A model generated the notes under the pieces. It had not been told where the DNA came from. It was given only the letters and a program-made list of their open reading frames with translations, and ran no database searches. From contig CP075492.1 in the NCBI GenBank assembly GCA_021613535.1, positions 18,228,001 to 18,292,000 on the forward strand: a DNA stretch of 64,000 nt. Direction: 5' to 3'. A program made the translations under genes and the position numbers. The stretch is from Adineta vaga (taxonomy: Eukaryota; Animalia; Rotifera). Below are positions 62,036 through 64,000 of this stretch, piece by piece; within the stretch, counting starts at the first letter, position 1, and each line of letters opens with the position of its first letter.

Positions 62036-62536
62036 TCAATTGTTTCAAAATTTATTCTTACTTATTTTCATCATTATTTTACAAAAACTTATACAGACAT
62101 TCTAACTCATCAATTAGAAGCGATAAATAATATTTCATAACTGTTAACTAAGATTAAAAGTGTAAAACACAACAATCCTATACGACTTGAAAATAAATTC
62201 TAAATAAATCTATAATTTATAATCACAAATTAACTTTTGTCGATTGTGTTCTATTAGAGAATGTATAGGTTAAACTGAATGCCAGGTAAATTATTCATTA
62301 TAGTTTTGATTAATTTGAATCTCTGATGTTATATATTCTCAATTCAAACAGGTTTTCAAACATGTTATGCATTATTTCGTTATGGTAGATATTAAACCTA
62401 ATTCTGCATGTGTTTTTTTCATTCTATTTTATCCAATAATAGTAGTATTAATACAGATTTTAACAAGAAATCACTAATTGAAATTTACAAATGCTGATTT
62501 CTTCGTGTCTGATGAAATGTAATTACATGAAATAAT

Positions 62537-63625
62537 CTATAAATGTTTGGTTTTTTCATTAATAATTTTTTCACTTAATTCCCATAATTCTTGTGCTTTT
62601 TTCAAGTCATAAGCAATAGAACTTGGTTGAGCTACTCGACAATTAGAATGATATTTTCCAGGTTGAGCTTCATCTGATAAAGCACAATATAAACTTGTCA
62701 TTGCTCCTTGGCGTATAGATTTAGAGACTATTTTTAAAAGAAGCGATATAATTAACGTCTTATAAGATTTGTTATCACGAAGTATTCCTGTTGTTCCAAT
62801 TGAACCGGGATTAAGTGAATAAGCTTTAATACCTTGATTACCATAACGTCTTTGTAATTCATTTGCATGTAGAATATTCGCTAATTTTGACTCAGATTCA
62901 GCTTGAAAAGGATCATATGAATTACTTTGAATAAAATCAGTATTTTCTTTAGCAAAAGCATGTCCGAGACTGCTGACATTAACAATACGTCCATTAGATT
63001 TGATTAATAATGGTAGAAGAAGTTGAGTTAAATAAAAATGACCAACTAAATAAAAAACATAAGAATAGAAATATATCATTAAATGATATAATTTACTATG
63101 ATTTGTTCCAAAAGTACATTCTAAACCATCTTTAGTAAATTCTTTTTGTCCTTTCATAACGCCAGCATTATTAATTAAAATATCAACTTTATCTATTTTT
63201 TCAGCAAAGATTTTTACATTTGCTAAATCACTTAAATCTAAATCATAACCAATAACATTTCCATTTGATTCTTTACTTAATTCTTGAGCAATACGTTCTG
63301 CTCTTGTTTGATTACGTATACCAATAATAACACGTGCATGAAGTTTAGCTAATTCAATTGCTGTAATTCGACCAATTCCAGAAGCAGCACCAGTAACAAC
63401 GACAGTTTGATTATTTAAATTCTTTGTCGATATATATGAATGACCAGATCTTAATTGTTCATTTATTATCCGAAAAATAACAATATGAACTATTAAATAA
63501 ATGAATGTATAAGACCATGAATGAACAAAGAACATTATAAATATAAATAATAAAATATTTCCTAAGAGAAACAGTACAGATTTAGGCTCTGGTTCTTTTA
63601 ATACGGTTTTGATTGAAAAAGCCAT
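62537..63625 (-). CDS. Short-chain dehydrogenase/reductase (RDH12/WWOX-like), membrane anchored
   Basis: TGAASGIG, DLDLSD, NNAG, FGTNH(I)GHF, NVSS, SKLAN, PG; 51-nt intron 63046-63096. Confidence 0.92.
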   Translation of the reverse strand: MAFSIKTVLKEPEPKSVLFLLGNILLFIFIMFFVHSWSYTFIYLIVHIVIFRIINEQLRSGHSYISTKNLNNQTVVVTGAASGIGRITAIELAKLHARVIIGIRNQTRAERIAQELSKESNGNVIGYDLDLSDLANVKIFAEKIDKVDILINNAGVMKGQKEFTKDGLECTFGTNHSKLYHLMIYFYSYVFYLVGHFYLTQLLLPLLIKSNGRIVNVSSLGHAFAKENTDFIQSNSYDPFQAESESKLANILHANELQRRYGNQGIKAYSLNPGSIGTTGILRDNKSYKTLIISLLLKIVSKSIRQGAMTSLYCALSDEAQPGKYHSNCRVAQPSSIAYDLKKAQELWELSEKIINEKTKHL

Positions 63626-64000
63626 TCAATATGTTTTTAATTTTATTCAACAAAGATAAAGAATATGAACAATAAGTTAGTTATATGTTTGGTATTTCGT
63701 CATATAACATCGATTGGTGAATAGAATACACCATTGCGTTGTCGATGAAAATATAAACTTGTTATAGAGGACGCTAGTAAAAACTTTTGATATAACGTCC
63801 GATTCAATTTTTTCTATGATTTATTCATTCTGATATGCTTTCTAACTTTGATCTTACTGATTCTAAATAGAACTTCACGAGTATAATTATCTTTGAAATT
63901 TACTTGAATTTGCAAGAACAATAGAGTAATTAATTCAAAGCAAAACATTCCACATTCACAAGATTGAGAGTCTTATTAAAGAGAATATATATTTATGAGT

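Noticed and set aside
1-64000. rRNA, tRNA, hammerhead ribozymes or Athena/Terminon RT that could supply the cassettes in cis
   Set aside because: None recognised by eye; an Infernal/tRNAscan run would be needed to exclude them

Overview
AT-rich eukaryotic genomic DNA with short (~50-60 nt) GT-AG introns. Gene content (orphan GPCRs, F-box/LRR relics, intronless bacterial-type genes, ART and IAP) and TGTGGG/TGAGGG repeats point to a bdelloid rotifer; this is an inference. Intact-looking genes: two rhodopsin-like GPCRs, a GT11 alpha-1,2-fucosyltransferase beside an HtrL/YibB-like gene, a secreted Thr-stalk Kelch protein, tandem histidyl-tRNA synthetase and histidine ammonia-lyase, Cys-rich surface proteins, a DUF4476 protein, a probably myristoylated ADP-ribosyltransferase, a BIR-BIR-RING IAP, a GH141-like beta-helix protein and an SDR lacking its catalytic Tyr. 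They are interspersed with pseudogenes and transposon debris (hAT, MULE-like, MITEs, Helitron-like fragment, truncated Ty3/Mag-like LTR element). The most striking unexplained signal is about 24 two-armed (plus several one-armed) 40-125 bp cassettes. Each is a G-rich telomere-like arm ((ATC)TTGAGGGTGTGGGTG...), a short spacer drawn from a shared pool, and the inverted C-rich arm (...CACCCACACCCTCAA(GAT)). They have head-to-head telomere-fusion polarity, show no evident target-site duplication, avoid intact exons, and repeatedly sit exactly where genes or transposons are truncated. They are a candidate signature of telomere-repeat-mediated double-strand-break repair, or a new telomere-mimicking mobile element. 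All family assignments are by eye, without database searches.
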